DNA of 64,000 nt from Setoptus koraiensis (GCA_048013815.1 CM106585.1:12524001-12588000); one strand, 5' to 3'; shown: positions 32,659 through 47,915, counted from the stretch's first letter. A program made the numbers and translations. The notes: generated by a model not told the origin, from the letters alone.

Positions 32659-33389
32659 ATGATGGATTATGAATTACCATAAATGCGATTTTTACTACTA
32701 TTTGATACACATATGGGATGCCTGATACTATAACAAATCTGATTTTCGGTTAGATTGTTAAATGTGCATGACCAATCATTCTACCCGATTGTCTCGTCTG
32801 TGAAGTTTGTATCATTGTTTGCACCAGTCAAGGTCTACTAATCCCGTGATAGGATACATGGAATTCCATGTCTTCCATTCGTCGTTTTCGTCGTCAACAG
32901 AATTATTGTCGTCGAAATGCGCCGTTCTGTCAGTCATGGCATTCTACTTAACACCATTGCACTATTCATATGACTAATTCATTCGACTTGCATTCAAGAA
33001 CCACTCAGTAATATAAAGAATATGATTTTACCTCCTTCAGATCAATAGAAAATATAAGCTCACCTAATAATATACCTCTCAAACTGCAGTGCAACACTTG
33101 TGTGCATATTCTCTTCTCTCTCACTATTGTTGTCACTCACTTGGGTGCGCCCAAATCATAGTCATGTCTCAAATTGTTAGAATTACAACTTTCACGAAGT
33201 TCTGCAATTAAATGTTACAAACCTGGTTAGTTTTGTGCCCAGTAAGGAACTGCGCAGTCTAGTGATGATCTGTCCCATCTATGTTGCAAATCTTAAGGAG
33301 AATGATTTTCCAACTTTAAATCATAATTCAATCAATTTTATTAACACTTATTTTACAACTCATTGTCTAGTACTAAAATAAAGAACTTA

Positions 33390-34401
33390 ATGCATACTCG
33401 AGTATTCTTCTTGTCATTACCGTTGGTCCTCTTGTTGATTATATCGGCAACTTATGAAGTGACCATGATAGTAAACAGTCCAGTTCGAAAACAAAATAAC
33501 TTTGTCAAGAGAGATTCTAGATTATTTCCATTCAGATGGAATATTCCAAATGTGTTCAACAATAACAAAAAACCAGCTCCTGTGTATCTATTAAGTGGCA
33601 CTGTCTGCAGATACATCAACTTAGTTCCAATATGTACCTATATGTCTACTTCGGGAGTTGCCATGACTTCGGCAGGTAAGTTGTCGCTACCTCAATATCT
33701 ACTATATCTGCTTTGTTTAAATTAGTAACAATCTACGTTGAATAAAAATTGATGATGTAACTTGAACATTCAATCGGTGTCCAGCAATGACTGCGGGACA
33801 ACTTGTTACAAGACCCACTGGTGGAACTTCGAGCACTTCAGGTAGTCAAGCAAATGTCCAGCGTCCGGGTCAATCTGGAGGTAGCTCAGTTACAATGAGT
33901 GGTCAACGTCCGACGCAATCTGGAGGAAGTGGTACTGCTACACAACGTCCTGCACAATCGGGGGGAAGTTCCGGTGGATCCAGTGGGCAACGTCCGCAAT
34001 CCGGAAGTCAACAAGGATCATCACAATCGGGTATGAGCAGTGGTGGTCAACGTGGTTCAACTCAATCTAATGGAGGTTTTAATTTAGGCGCCCCCCTCTC
34101 GTTGGGTAGCCCTCTCTCGCTGGGCGCAATTTACGACGACAATGAAGCAGTGAGGAATATCGCCAATGTACAATTAAACTTGAATCCTTCAGAGAGTTCA
34201 ACTCCTTCTGATGAGTCTGAAGAGACTAGTCATCATCAACAAGACGATTTAGGCACTTTAACCAGCGTTCCGGCATTCGAGAGGAAGCAACAACCTGAAA
34301 ATATATCTACAAGGCAAGATTCTGTGCAACCAATAGGATATTTGGTTGTGAAAAAGAAGTCCCCTTTGAAATTGGGCAACGTGTTGCGATTAAAAAAGTA
34401 A
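33390..34401 (+). CDS. Secreted orphan with a Cys-pair hairpin and QRPxQSGGS repeats, 2 exons (33390-33675, 33785-34401)
   Basis: Signal-like MHTRVFFLSLPLVLLLIISA; CRYINLVPIC; phase-1 GT-AG intron joins MTSA|AMTAG; repeats QRPGQSGGS, QRPTQSGGS, QRPAQSGGS, QRPQSGS. Confidence 0.7.
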
Positions 34402-35263
34402 ACTCATAGAAAAGTTGTTATGCCACCACATTGAACAATTGGCTATTAAACTGAAGCAAGTATTGTGTATTGATTGTCGTGATTACTTGGATATATCTGT
34501 TGCTCTGGGGTGCAAGGCGCCAACGAGCTTGGATGGAGTGTCGTGGGGTTAGCGGGAGGTTTCTTTAGCAAGAAGTATATCATTTTTTTTTATTGGATCA
34601 TAGTTTGTATATTTATTTTATTCTTTATGTAATCAGGGCAACAGTTTGTTATGTGAGTGCGTGTGCAAAAATCGGCACATTTACAGAGAGGACAATTATG
34701 CGCCAAAATGCTAAAAGCGAGCATGTGGCGCGTGGCGACACAGATTGGAGGAGTCCGTTTGTTCGTCTGTCCGTTTGTGTGTGCGTTTCTTGATCGTAGT
34801 GTGCTAAACTCCTTTTATGGTTACAGCAGGCAGCAAGTTACAACAACAACAACTGCCGCACTGTTGGCTGTTACTATTCAACGGAAAACTCGGCACAGCC
34901 ACTACCTTAAATGTAGGCTTCTTCTTCCCACTCCCTTCGCTACTATACGCCAATCACCACCTACACTCGGATGTATCGTCGTCATTGCTTTTTTTATACC
35001 AGTACCATTTGTTGACACACATTAATATAGTAAGAAACCGACATTAATAATAATAATATAGATAACACAACAGTTTTAACATTGTTCGGCCATTCGTTTC
35101 GTAGTCTAAACACGAGAGCGCATTCGTCACAATTCGTTTGTTACTGGATACAACAACTGGCCAGAAATCACAAATAATATCCAGCGATCCCCAATACTCA
35201 CCACAATCAGCAACAGTCAACAATTGTTACACAATTATTCTCTTTAACCCTCAATTAACCTAA

Positions 35264-36622
<1,359 letters not shown>

Positions 36623-36765
36623 GCGCTTGCACGCATTCAACACTCGATACATCTCATTTTAAAAGAAAAAACAATTCAATAATCATTCAGTACTAATTAT
36701 GAGCATCGATTTTCTAAAGACAGTAGAACAAAACATCGTACACAGACACGTAACTCGAATCGCGC

Positions 36766-37587
36766 CTAATCGGAACGCTTATCGGAATTTATTAAATAAC
36801 TAGTACTTAACTGATGCTTTGAAGCCTTTTGTAATGTTAGCTCGCGTCTATGTTGTCTTTCTAGTATGCCCTTGCGAGGCTTCGATTTTTTAATAAATTT
36901 AAGCCATACTAACAAAACAAAGACGATCGTAATTGCACACAAAAAATAGAATGAATATGTGCCAAATCCCATTGTAGATGTGGCATTATTTATCTTTTTA
37001 TAATGCTTTTCTTTCTCATGATCATCTAAATGATGAAAATAGGAATGTTTATGGTGATCGTTGGGGTCAACATAATCTAAAGTGAATTCAAGTCCACATG
37101 ATCCGACTAGCTTATGTTCGTCTTCGGCATATTCATAACCCTCACAAATGACCTCAATATGGTTAAATTTAACCCGATCGCTCATTTTACCATCGTTCGA
37201 TTCACATTCCCAATTGATTGTGAAACCGTCGTTAGAATATCCTTCATGTCTACATTGGACAGACTGAGCGAGAGATATTATTAATCAATCTACTTTTTCT
37301 TTTGTTGAACATTCAAGACAAACAATATGTCTAATACTTACATTTGGAGTGAAGAGTTTGCATCCGGCTGTCCCGCCGACGCAGGACAGTTGTGGTATGG
37401 AATGTGTCCTCCGATATGTAGTTCTTCTGCCACGATAAAAGGTGAGCACATCTCCTAATTGTAAAATGGCTCGATCTTTTGGTACTCTTTCAATACCGTC
37501 TTGCTTCTGATCTTGATCATGTGAGCATATAGTGGTTGCACCGCTCAATAAGGCCAAAAATATAAAAAATGAAATTGTACTCGACAT
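36766..37587 (-). CDS. SARAF: Store-operated Ca2+ entry-associated regulatory factor (TMEM66), 2 exons (37587-37342, 37263-36766)
   Basis: Signal peptide, LTFYRGRRTTYRRTHSIPQLSCVGGTAGC, SVQC...WEC...VICEGYEYAEDEHKLVGSCGLEFTLDY, one TM helix. Confidence 0.9.
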
Positions 37588-38028
37588 TACAAAAAATGTG
37601 TCCTCCTTTATCTCAGGAATACTTGATAAAGATGGTCATCAATCGATTAATAGATTCTATATGATTAATATCAACATACATCGACAAAACTTTGATCATT
37701 TGAAGTTCTTTCAGACTTATGATGTTGGGTAACACAGCTGATCGCATTCTGAGTCACCTGTGTTGCATCAAGATGGACGATGCCGACAAGTGTTCGCCGA
37801 AGAAACGCGGAATGAAGAAGTAGTGTACGAAAGCGAATGAGGAATGTCTTCCCTACTAACGGCCTACATTGTTCATAGATTAGAGCTACTGTTGTGACTT
37901 AAAAGATTACGATAGAGCATCACAAGAATGACAAAGTCAGATTCTACGATCAAACTCGTTAATGTTGAAAATCAATATCAAATTATAATGGTTTATTATG
38001 CTTCAATTACAAGTTATCTATTCTCAAT

Positions 38029-41000
38029 TCAGTGGGTTTTTTTCGTTTCAACTGTCTTGACTACTTTCTTTTCTGGTGTACTAGCGCTGTGATGATGTCC
38101 ATGGTGGTGTTTTTTATCGTGGTTATAATCAAATATATGCACGCCCTTGCCGTGAGCCTTTTTGTCCATCCATTTCACCAGAGTTCTAATATTCATACAA
38201 ATGATAATGTACAATAGTTAGAAGGGAATTAGATGAATAATGTAGAGTGTAGATACAGTGTGCATATGAGAGAAAAGAAACGAGGTAATGAATCGGAAAT
38301 TGTGCATCGATTCAATTAAAGTTGGACAGATAGGTTGTGTTTGTTTGTTTGGTCGCCACCGCACGAGAGCGACATCCACGAGGGTGACACAACAATTGAT
38401 TCGTTTCAATTATACGGACACAATGTGACAGTGCTCAACTCGCTTCTTTTTCACCTGTCAATGTCGCAATGGGTAACACTCATTCTTAATGCCTAGTCCG
38501 ACATGCATTCTTTTACATTTCAATAATTGAGCGTCGTCAACTGACAAGTCGGTATTCATTGAGGAGATAGCCAAAAAGACAGTTTGTGCAGTGATTATGG
38601 TGGTTGTTAGCACAATAGGCATGATCGTAATAATAACGAGTTGAATCTCTTCCTATTGTCACCACCAGTTGTTTGTGTTAACCACAACAACAACTACGAC
38701 CACGACGACTATTAGGGTAACGCTGATGTAACAGGTGAGCAGTGAGTGACGCTTCACTAGATGCCCGTCATATCCAATATCATCGTTGATGGCAATCGAT
38801 GACGGCAAGCGATACTGCTGTTGAGAATTTCATCGTATTCATTGTCATCACCATAATGACTGGGATTATTATTTCCATTGGACTTCCGATTCAAGAATAC
38901 GGATTCATAAGGGAAAACACACAAATGTTTGAATCTATTGTCAACTACTTACTTGAAATGCGATTTGTGTCCATCTTCCTTCCTTTCGACTGATCATGCA
39001 ATTGTGAGTGTGTGTGTGCGTTGAATTAAAACGATTAAATGAGTAAATGAAGACGGCAACATAATGATTTGTTGAGATCGTTGGTTGGTGTTTGGCGATT
39101 GGAAAATAAAGAGAAAAAAAGTGAGCAGTTACAATTAGCATAGAGATTGTTGGTTGTTAGCTGATTGTTAGCAATTATTACAAGATGCAAAATTCATGCA
39201 TAAAGTAGATGGTGACATAGGCCAAGAGCACTTACTCGTATGCTTGTGATTTCCTCGCTTGTAGCCGAACTTCCAAGCTCCCTTCTTGGGCACCTCTCGG
39301 TATCTGGTCAGATGTACAGTTAGATTTAGGGTTAGTTTTATACACTCAGTTTAGACAGGGTATGGTAATAGGGTAACGGGATGATAAAACAAGGAAGTCA
39401 ATTGATGATAAGCGCAACATTGCGCCTAGGAATGTCAGTTTTCGTTTTTTTTTTTTTCACATTGCCTTCACTTACTCGTAGTATTTTCCATGATCCACAT
39501 GGTGACCCCCACCGCCGTGACCGTGATGGCTATGGCCGTGATGATAAGACTTGCTCTTCTTCTTTGGCTTCTTGGCCTTCTTTTTCTTTGGTTTCTTCTT
39601 CTTCTTCTTCTTCTTTGGCTTCTTGGCCTTCTTCTTGTGTCCACCGCTGTACTTCTTCTTCTTTTTATGGTGATGCCCGGCGGCCATTTCCATCGGGCCC
39701 CGACTAATCGATTGTGGATGATGTTGCTTAGAACGTGGCACTATTGAATGTTTTGTACGACCCGTAGATTGTTGCGTTTGTCTGTCTGTGTCATGGTCAT
39801 TGTTGCCCGATGATGATGATTCAGCAACTTTGGCCTCTTGACCATTTGGCCGTTTATGATGGCTAGACGACGATTGTTGCTGATGCTGCTTCTGGACAGG
39901 TGCCGCTGCTGCTGACGGTGGTTGCTCTGAATCAAGCTTGAATCTTGGCTCTTTTTTAATCATTAACTCAGACACTGGCTTTGGCGCCGAACGATAAACA
40001 GGCGGCGGGCTGTTTCTTCTTGTCTTAAAGTTTATTTGTTCATTGCTGTCCCTCATCATCATGGACTGGCTATTTTGGCCTTGATGATCATCAGCATCTC
40101 CCCCGTTCGCGCCGTCTGAAGATTTAAGTTTTCGGGAATTTCGAGTTTGCGGTAAGTTATCAGTATCAATTCCTGTTGTTTCTGGATTGTTGTCAACCAA
40201 GTTTTCTGTTGTACTTGTATTGTCCGTTGCATCGTCGTTATTGTCGCTATGTCTACGTTTCATCCTTGTCTGTGATCTATCCGGCTCTGTTTGATGTTGG
40301 CCATTTTGTTCATTTTGATCATTGTTTGTCACGTCACCGGGCTCAACCAACTGGTTACTAGGATCGTCGTTATCATCATTATTACCAGTCTGTCTATTAT
40401 CATTGCTCATGTCATTGTCATCTCGATCATTACCAGTGTTACTATTATCACTATTTTGTTGTTGTTGTTGTTGTGAATTTGCGCCAACGAATGGCGACAC
40501 ATGATTTTGTGATCGAATCGATGCCGAACCATGCTGCGACGGATGACGACTCCATTGCATCGTTGACAGATTGGCCACCATTTTATCACTAGTGTCTTGT
40601 TGCTGATCGTCTGCTGGCTGCTGCTGCGGTTGTTCATCTTCAATTGGTTCACCCATCTCATTCAATGGTTCACCTGTCGATGGTTTCACTCTCATTGGAT
40701 AGGCTGTATCAATTGAGTTTCTGTGTTGTTGCTGTCGCTTACTAATACGACGCCTAAAATCAATTTGGTTAGTGCCATCGAGCAACTGTTGCTGTTGACC
40801 GTTAGCCGTCACATATTGATCATTGTTGTCGCTGGCCAACGCGGCCGGCCAAAGCCAATTCTCTTGATTGACCAAGGCGGCTGATTCACCTGCTGCTGAT
40901 GTTGTTGTTGATGTTGCTGCTGTAATTGGCGACAAAGCTGGTGTTGCTGCTGCTCCTGGTGACGATACTGGGGCGGCCAAAGATTTCTCGATGTACCTCG

Positions 41001-41370
41001 TTGATTCATAAATTGGCGCTTCTTTTGTTGGATGAATCATAGTAATCATCATGCTATTATTGGTTGAAGCCATTGAGTTGTCACTGGTCACTACTGGCAC
41101 ACCATTCTGACATTTTACACCTGTTGCTGCTATTATTAATTGTGGCGGAGACAGTCTCTCGCCTGGCGCAACAACAATTGGTTGTTGTTGTTGTAGTTGT
41201 TGTTGCTGTTGCTGTAAATAGAGTGGAGACGATGATTGACATCTGCATGATGACCACGGCGCTGATAATAATGCCGCAGCTGAATAAAATACAATGGTGA
41301 GCATTGTAATGGTCATTGTGGTGCCTTTACGGCGCCTCCTCGAAACGGTTGATTTTGACGGACTATCCAT
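38029..41370 (-). CDS. Secreted Q/N-rich, His/Lys-rich protein with a conserved-looking arthropod C-terminal domain, 4 exons (41370-39476, 39303-39236, 38989-38953, 38185-38029)
   Basis: N-terminal hydrophobic signal and poly-K/His block. Three small in-phase GT-AG exons spell YYEYREVPKKGAWKFGYKRGNHKHTIERKEDGHKSHFKTLVKWMDKKAHGKGVHIFDYNH. Confidence 0.8.
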
Positions 41371-44300
41371 ATTGTGTTTCTAAAAATATGTGTTTGTGTA
41401 AGTGTGTTGTCAACTTGCGGACGTATGTAATTGTCCGTTTGTGTACATTTGAGTTACAATGTCTTCACTTTATAGCGTCTATTTTGAGCTAACGAATCTG
41501 TAGCAATCCGTTGCACTCTAAAGAGAATTAATTTCAATTAATCTGCCTGCTGAACAAATGTTGTGTGTTTGTTTACTTGCTCTGTCGCTGATTGATTTAT
41601 TTTCAGAGGTTTCGGTTGCACTCGTGCCTATGATAAAGAAGCGAATATCAATAACTTGCTGATTACATAGCTACTATTTCCATCCGTTAGAAAGTGTTTT
41701 CACGAAACTGTTGGGTTGAAGGTGAAATCAATAGTGACTTTTGGCAATTCAACATTGCGCTCTGCTACCACTGCTACCTTGACATAATCATGCAACTGCA
41801 ATAAGATGAGATGACTCGTGAATGAAAGAGAGACAGAGCGGCTCAACAATGTATATACATACATGTTTTGGTGACTGGCGGCACTCAATTACATAATAGC
41901 TCCCAATAGCTGGCTGTATCTTATGGCGGGGGTGGAGTAAACTTTGGCTTGCTCGCTCGCTCTCTCTCTCTAGAGCTTGCATTATTTGTCGTCGTGAATC
42001 TTGTCTAAACAACTCAACTACCGATCTTGGTAGCGTATGTTTGACGCTCTTTAGACTACTAATGTAGTAATGTCTTGCAATGCCGATATATGATGCCGTT
42101 ATAATGCCGTTATAGCGCCGGTGTACACAGTGTAATGGCGGCAACTAACTACGACAGCTTTAACTAACCAACACACGGCTAAACCGAAACCACAAACAAA
42201 TTACGGCTTCATGAACGCCAAAAAGGGCTACCACCAAATGTAATTGTTAAACAGTGCGTCTGCCAACTAAATGTCTTTTTACTGCTGCCAATGAGCCTGT
42301 CAGCTCTATCCTAGTCACCTCTAGTTTGTTTGTGCCACCAACGACGCCCGATAGTGCCAACGCACTCAATTTTCTGTTAGGTACCGTAGGCCAAATAACG
42401 GGGACGGCAGCGTAGCCTCTAGTTCCGTTTCTCTTGCTTTTGCTCGGTCTGTCAACAATTGCGAAAATTCCCGACAACAACAACAACAACAACGACAACA
42501 AATCTTGTGGAATCTTGTTAGCCTGCAGATTAATGCGTGCGCGAAGCTACAGGTTACAGAGTTACAAGTGCACACAAACAGTTTGTCTCTCTTCCCCTAT
42601 GGTCGCCAAAACTAATTAGACGCCGATCAATCAGCATAGGCAAAGATTGTTGTTGCTTAAGTTGCACAAAGTTATGTAAGTCGCTGCTGTGATTCGCAAG
42701 CGACCACTCTATCTGGTACTGTACCTTGGAGTACAAACAACATTCAAAGAAAATCTCTGCTGAATGAACGCAATGAATAAACCGACGGACGACACAATAT
42801 ACAAAAGCACACATACATAATAACTGTGTTGTTATCGGTAATTAGATCACTCATTTGATTTGACCATATATTCACCTACCATTAATGCACACAATTGATG
42901 GTCGTGTTTTGTTTGACCAGTGCTACGCAAGCGGTCACTTGCACTAGAGACCTAGTTGATCTAACGCTCTTGTGAGGTTAGCCCAGGTTGTTTAGCAATT
43001 GATTTGTGTCTCATCTCTCTTGATATGTTTGATCTAAACAAATTGAATTTAGCTCGAAAGTTCACGACTCTTTTACCAGAACTTTTCACTTTTGTCCAAG
43101 CAAAAGAGAAGATTTTCACTGGAGTGACAACTTACAATAGCCGGACACACAATGTCAACTACATATTACAGATTACAGATTGTCAAGAGAAGATGGTAAA
43201 ATTAACAACAATTTTGCACACAATCTTGGTCATGACAATTACTGAACTTTAGAATGGGCCTAACATCAACAAATGACAAGTGATAAAGGACAAACGACAA
43301 CAGACAAGTGACATGTGACAAATATGAAGATGACACACATGTACTGTGTACTTGCGGTGGCCATCTAGTATATGATAGGCATACAATAGATTACACCATA
43401 ACTTGTCAGAAATTACACACAATTTTCTAGTTATTACATTTTATTACATAACATAATAGCGGCGACACAGTAGTTTAGTATTGGCTTATATTGTGCCTAC
43501 TATGTCAGTGTAATTGCATGGTGGCTGGCCAATGATCTTCCATTTCCTATTTGTTACCATTGAATTGCGGTGAATCTCTGTCTCTTCTTCAGTTTCACAT
43601 TTGCACACAACACCTTTGTCAATCGACAAATATACCAATTGCATTTCCAATCTCAAAGATATGACCGCTTTCTAATGAGCATCTTGGGGTGCTCTCACTT
43701 TACTCGAGGGTGCTCTAACTCTTGAGAAAATTGATTGATTCATTCCACAGGCATTATCACAGGCACACTCACAACTTGTCAAGCACTAGCTAGATAGATA
43801 GAGTTGACATTAAGACAAACTGGATTAACTGTCACTCACATTTATTCAATAGGTCGTCATCAACATTTAATACAGTTAGCACTTTTGCTTCACACTTCTA
43901 CTCATCTATTAGCCAGCAAAGCTGAAAATTATAAAATACAATTGCTCTAGTGCAAAGAGCTGAAACTGTCAACAGAGGTCATTATCAATTATCAAAGAAC
44001 GCATTTCATCATCATATGTTGTTTTTGATTCCGTTTTGTTTCTTTTCACTAGATCTGACTCGACTTGACTTGACTTCACAAGCTTGATATGGTGCTAAAA
44101 TTGCTTGTCTCGCAATAAGTCGCATCATTGAGTGCATGAATGCCGCTATCGACCACCGTTTACGCTGATCATGAACTTGATCTTCGCTTTTTCTAAGTCA
44201 CTATCCGAGCGACTTATCTACTGTTCACTTGACACCCAGTCACTTACAAGTTGCAAGTTACAGGTTGCCCATTGTTTCGGAAATGTGTGACATAATCACA

Positions 44301-44739
44301 AACAACAGAATGCGAAGAGATGAGATTCCAATCTCTATTTCTCAGTCACGTATATGTTTCACGTATGTAATTCGTTTGTATCATAACACAGCTCAGTACT
44401 ACCATTGTTGTTCGCCAGATAACTAAGAGCTTGCCAGACATGAGAAAAAGGTCATCGATATAAATAATATATTGATTACATATTAAGTAACAACAGCAAC
44501 AACAATAACAATTCATGTACATGCAGCGTCTCAATTTATTTTCTACTACACAATTGATGTTGATTAAATATAAGCTACCGGTCTAAATCATTGAGATGAG
44601 CCCATGACTGTAAACGCCAGCCCGTGTTGCTTGCAAATGATGCTGCCGGTTTCGTTATCATTGGGTTTTTTAGGCACAATTGTGTGTCTAGAAAATTATC
44701 TTGGCAAAGTTATAAATGTAATAGTACTATGGAACGTCT

Positions 44740-46018
44740 TCAGGTTGGCAGAGTTATTTCATTGGATTTAAATTCGGCTTCCATATAGTCCAATTCTTTC
44801 TTAACTTTAGCTCTTCGCTCAGCTACATACACTAAATATGGATAAAAGCAGAAAGATAAGAAAAATCAATAGATTAAAACAATATAAAAGTTGTGTCGTT
44901 TTCATGTTTCTAGTGGCAACTAAACTTACATTTATAATAGTCTCTGGATTCTCTCAATTTCTTTTCTGTTTCCGCATTATGTAAGCGTGGCAGCCAAAAT
45001 ACGCATGGTTTCACGTCAGTTTTAATGAAGTTACCTAGATTCTTGTAGGATAGTTCCCAGTTTTCATGCTGTAACGGAGAATGATGATATATTGATAAAT
45101 GTTTCAACTACTAGACTAAATCAGATCTATCTTTACATTGATTACCTACCCTTTGAACTTTGTCTAATTTGAGATCTATTCTTTCAAGTTGCTCTTGTTT
45201 AATTTGTTTGCTGGAGATTAACTTGTCCCTCTCTTCCATTGCAATCGCCCTCTCCTCTTCTACGGCAATTTCGAGTTTTTTCTCAATTTTGCTCCTTTTA
45301 TTGGTCTAAAAATATTATCAGTGAGTGAAAAAGTTGCAGATTAGCGAACAAGAAGAATTCATGTGAAGACAACTAGATATCAAAGTTATTCATATTCACT
45401 TACAGTCTCTAATCGGTGAGATTCTTCAGATTGGAATCTTTCCAATGTGCCCACAATCATGCCAAACATCCTCTTATTTCTAGCCAAACCTTTTTTGTCA
45501 TTCTTCTGAACTTCTATGGCATCTATGCGCTGCTGACTGATATCTTGCTGGCATGCTGGTAAAGTTACAACAGAAGATAAAATAGCTGGCCTAACATGAT
45601 GATTGGTGGACGATTTTGGTCGTCTTTTCGTATCACAACTGTCTTCATCATTACTGCTAGTGAAATCACTATCTGAAGACCTATGGTGGTTCATTCTCTT
45701 TGTTTTATCTCGACGGCTTGTATCATCAGAGTGTATCGTTGAAATAAGCGACTGGTTAGTAGAGGGCACTGCTGACTGGATGGAGCTTAATTTGCTCTTT
45801 TCTTTTGACCCAAACAGGCAGTCGATGCCTTCATCGTTTTGATCCGCTGAGGTTGGTTTTTGGTGGTATTTGATATTCGCCCCTATCCTTCTCAAACTTG
45901 AATCGATTTTTCGTAGCTCTGCCTCCAATTCATCATGTTCCCGACGCAAGTCTGTTAGTAGATTAGTGTTGTCCGTGCAACCACGAGCCATGTCATTGTT
46001 GCTGTTGCTAATGGACAT
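44740..46018 (-). CDS. PNN: Pinin, 4 exons (46018-45404, 45305-45150, 45068-44930, 44831-44740)
   Basis: Pinin/SDK/memA motif ARNKRMFGMIVGTLERFQSEE, coiled coil RSKIEKKLE, WELSYKNLGNFIKTDVKPCVFWLP. Splice phases are consistent. Confidence 0.85.
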
Positions 46019-46605
46019 TTTCAGCGTTGATCCAACTAGTTATCAAGACGGGATAAACAAAGCTTGGCTAGTATAAAATGTAGTCTCTCTCTCTCTCTCT
46101 GTCTCTCTCCTTCTCGCTCTCTGTTAAGATTTATGCACTAGATCGTATGACTCGAATCCATGAGGTGGTTGGATGATTCCTTCGGGTACCATGAAGCTGA
46201 TGTTAAATCTTTAAATCATAGTCTATGATGGTAGTAGCGACTAAATTTTCAATTACCTAAGAGAATTCATGATTCGATGAGGATAAAATCTGATGGATTT
46301 GGACGAAATGTCTATCTTGGTGGTGTTAACTGGTCATAAATGTTGTTTCTGGACCTTCGGGTTGTGCGAACCGATATTCGGAATACAGATCGTACAATAA
46401 ACTCTTCTTCACACAGATCAGCAAGCACATTTGAGCTCTCACACACTTTAGCACATGCCATGGGCGCAACCAAACAGATGTTTTTCAGCGTCATTCTGAC
46501 TAATGTCCAACGTACCGTGAATGAGGCGAGACATCGACTTCTGACATTGTTCATGAAAGAAAAAATTAGTTTTTATTACTATTTATAGTTTGTATTTGTA
46601 GTTAC

Positions 46606-47757
46606 ATGAACTTAATAATGGAACGATCAATTGAGGACATGATCAACTCATCTGGACTGGCCGACTTGATCAATCAGATGAAGCTTGGGAAGATTTACAA
46701 GGCGCTTGAAGTATCTGAAAGCATATTAAAAACTCTATCGTACATCGTCGAAAATGGACAATGGGTCAAAGTGAGAGACGTATTGAACGCTTTTAGAAGT
46801 ATATACTCATTTTTGGTTGCGCAGAATCTTGTCGAAACTGCTGCAACCAATATGGTTAGGAGGGTGATGCGAATTGTCAGAGATGAGTGCTTTAATTTCA
46901 ATAATAGCGATGATAGGATGCATGATGCTATAAGTACCCTCGATATAGAAGATAAGGAGAATGAAATCTTGGACCTTGAATTGAAAGACGTCAAAAGTTG
47001 TATATTAGAAGCTATTCAAGAGGTCAGCATAGAGTTGGAGCTTAGTTCTAAAATAATTGCAGAACAATCAAAGGAACATATCCAGAACGAAGAAATAATA
47101 TTAACATTGGGAAAATCGAAGATTATCGAGAGCTTCTTGAGGCATGCTAGGAAAAGAAGTAAGAAAAGATTCACAGTCATTGTAGTTGAGTTGGCCCCTT
47201 TTTACTCTGGTCGTGAGATGGCTAATGCCCTCAACGAGGCTGACATAGCTACTCAAGTTATACCCGATTCAGCTGTATTCGCAGTGATGTCGAGAGTGAA
47301 CAAAGTCATAATTGGTATACATTCTATGATGGCCAATGGAGGGATGAAGGCGCCCGCTGGCTCTCATTCAATCGCTCTGGCGGCCAAACACTTTTCCGTT
47401 CCGCTAATTGTATGTTGCCCAATGTATAAGTTGACCCCAGAGTATCTTGTTTCACATGATTCCTTAGCATTCAATCAATTTTCTAGACCTCACAAGATAG
47501 TGCCTTCCTACGGCAATCATGTCGAGGAACACCATGATATTGAATGCAAGGAAGATAAAGGTAATCAGGACGGTGTTGCGAATAGAGAAGATTCCACGAC
47601 TCAAGAATGTGCACATCTAGACACCATTCATTCTATATTCGATTACGTGCCTCCCGAGTTAGTAACTTTGTTCGTGTCAAACAATGGCGGAAACTCCCCT
47701 AGTTATGTTTACCAACTTCTGAACGAGTTATATTGTAAACTTGACTATTTGACTTGA
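46606..47757 (+). CDS. EIF2B2: Translation initiation factor eIF2B subunit beta, intronless
   Basis: NMVRRVMRIVRDE, EHIQNEEIILTLGKS, DSAVFAVMSRVNKVIIG, ANGG, YKLTP, FDYVPPELVTLFVSN.GG..PSYVYQLL.ELY. Confidence 0.94.
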   Translation: MNLIMERSIEDMINSSGLADLINQMKLGKIYKALEVSESILKTLSYIVENGQWVKVRDVLNAFRSIYSFLVAQNLVETAATNMVRRVMRIVRDECFNFNNSDDRMHDAISTLDIEDKENEILDLELKDVKSCILEAIQEVSIELELSSKIIAEQSKEHIQNEEIILTLGKSKIIESFLRHARKRSKKRFTVIVVELAPFYSGREMANALNEADIATQVIPDSAVFAVMSRVNKVIIGIHSMMANGGMKAPAGSHSIALAAKHFSVPLIVCCPMYKLTPEYLVSHDSLAFNQFSRPHKIVPSYGNHVEEHHDIECKEDKGNQDGVANREDSTTQECAHLDTIHSIFDYVPPELVTLFVSNNGGNSPSYVYQLLNELYCKLDYLT

Positions 47758-47915
47758 GGATAAATATTCGACATAATCTTTGTCGATAATTCAATTTCGC
47801 TCCTTCCATCACTGTTAGCAAATTCAAGTAATCTCAAAGATCCGAAGTGCACAATTTTCTGATGTTGTCATCCTAGCAATAAATTAAACAATTGACAGTA
47901 CTTTCATCGATCCAA

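Noticed and set aside
39381-41300. Numerous short antisense or alternative-frame ORFs over the His/Lys-rich gene, and similar ones over 52-54 kb and 61-63 kb
   Set aside because: Artefacts of trinucleotide low-complexity coding sequence.
41700-44600. Short ORFs in the long region between the His-rich gene and pinin
   Set aside because: No domain similarity, splice support or codon signal; treated as promoter/UTR/intergenic DNA.
44593-44645. ATGA...AAA...GA SECIS-like pattern
   Set aside because: No complementary stem II and no selenoprotein ORF upstream.
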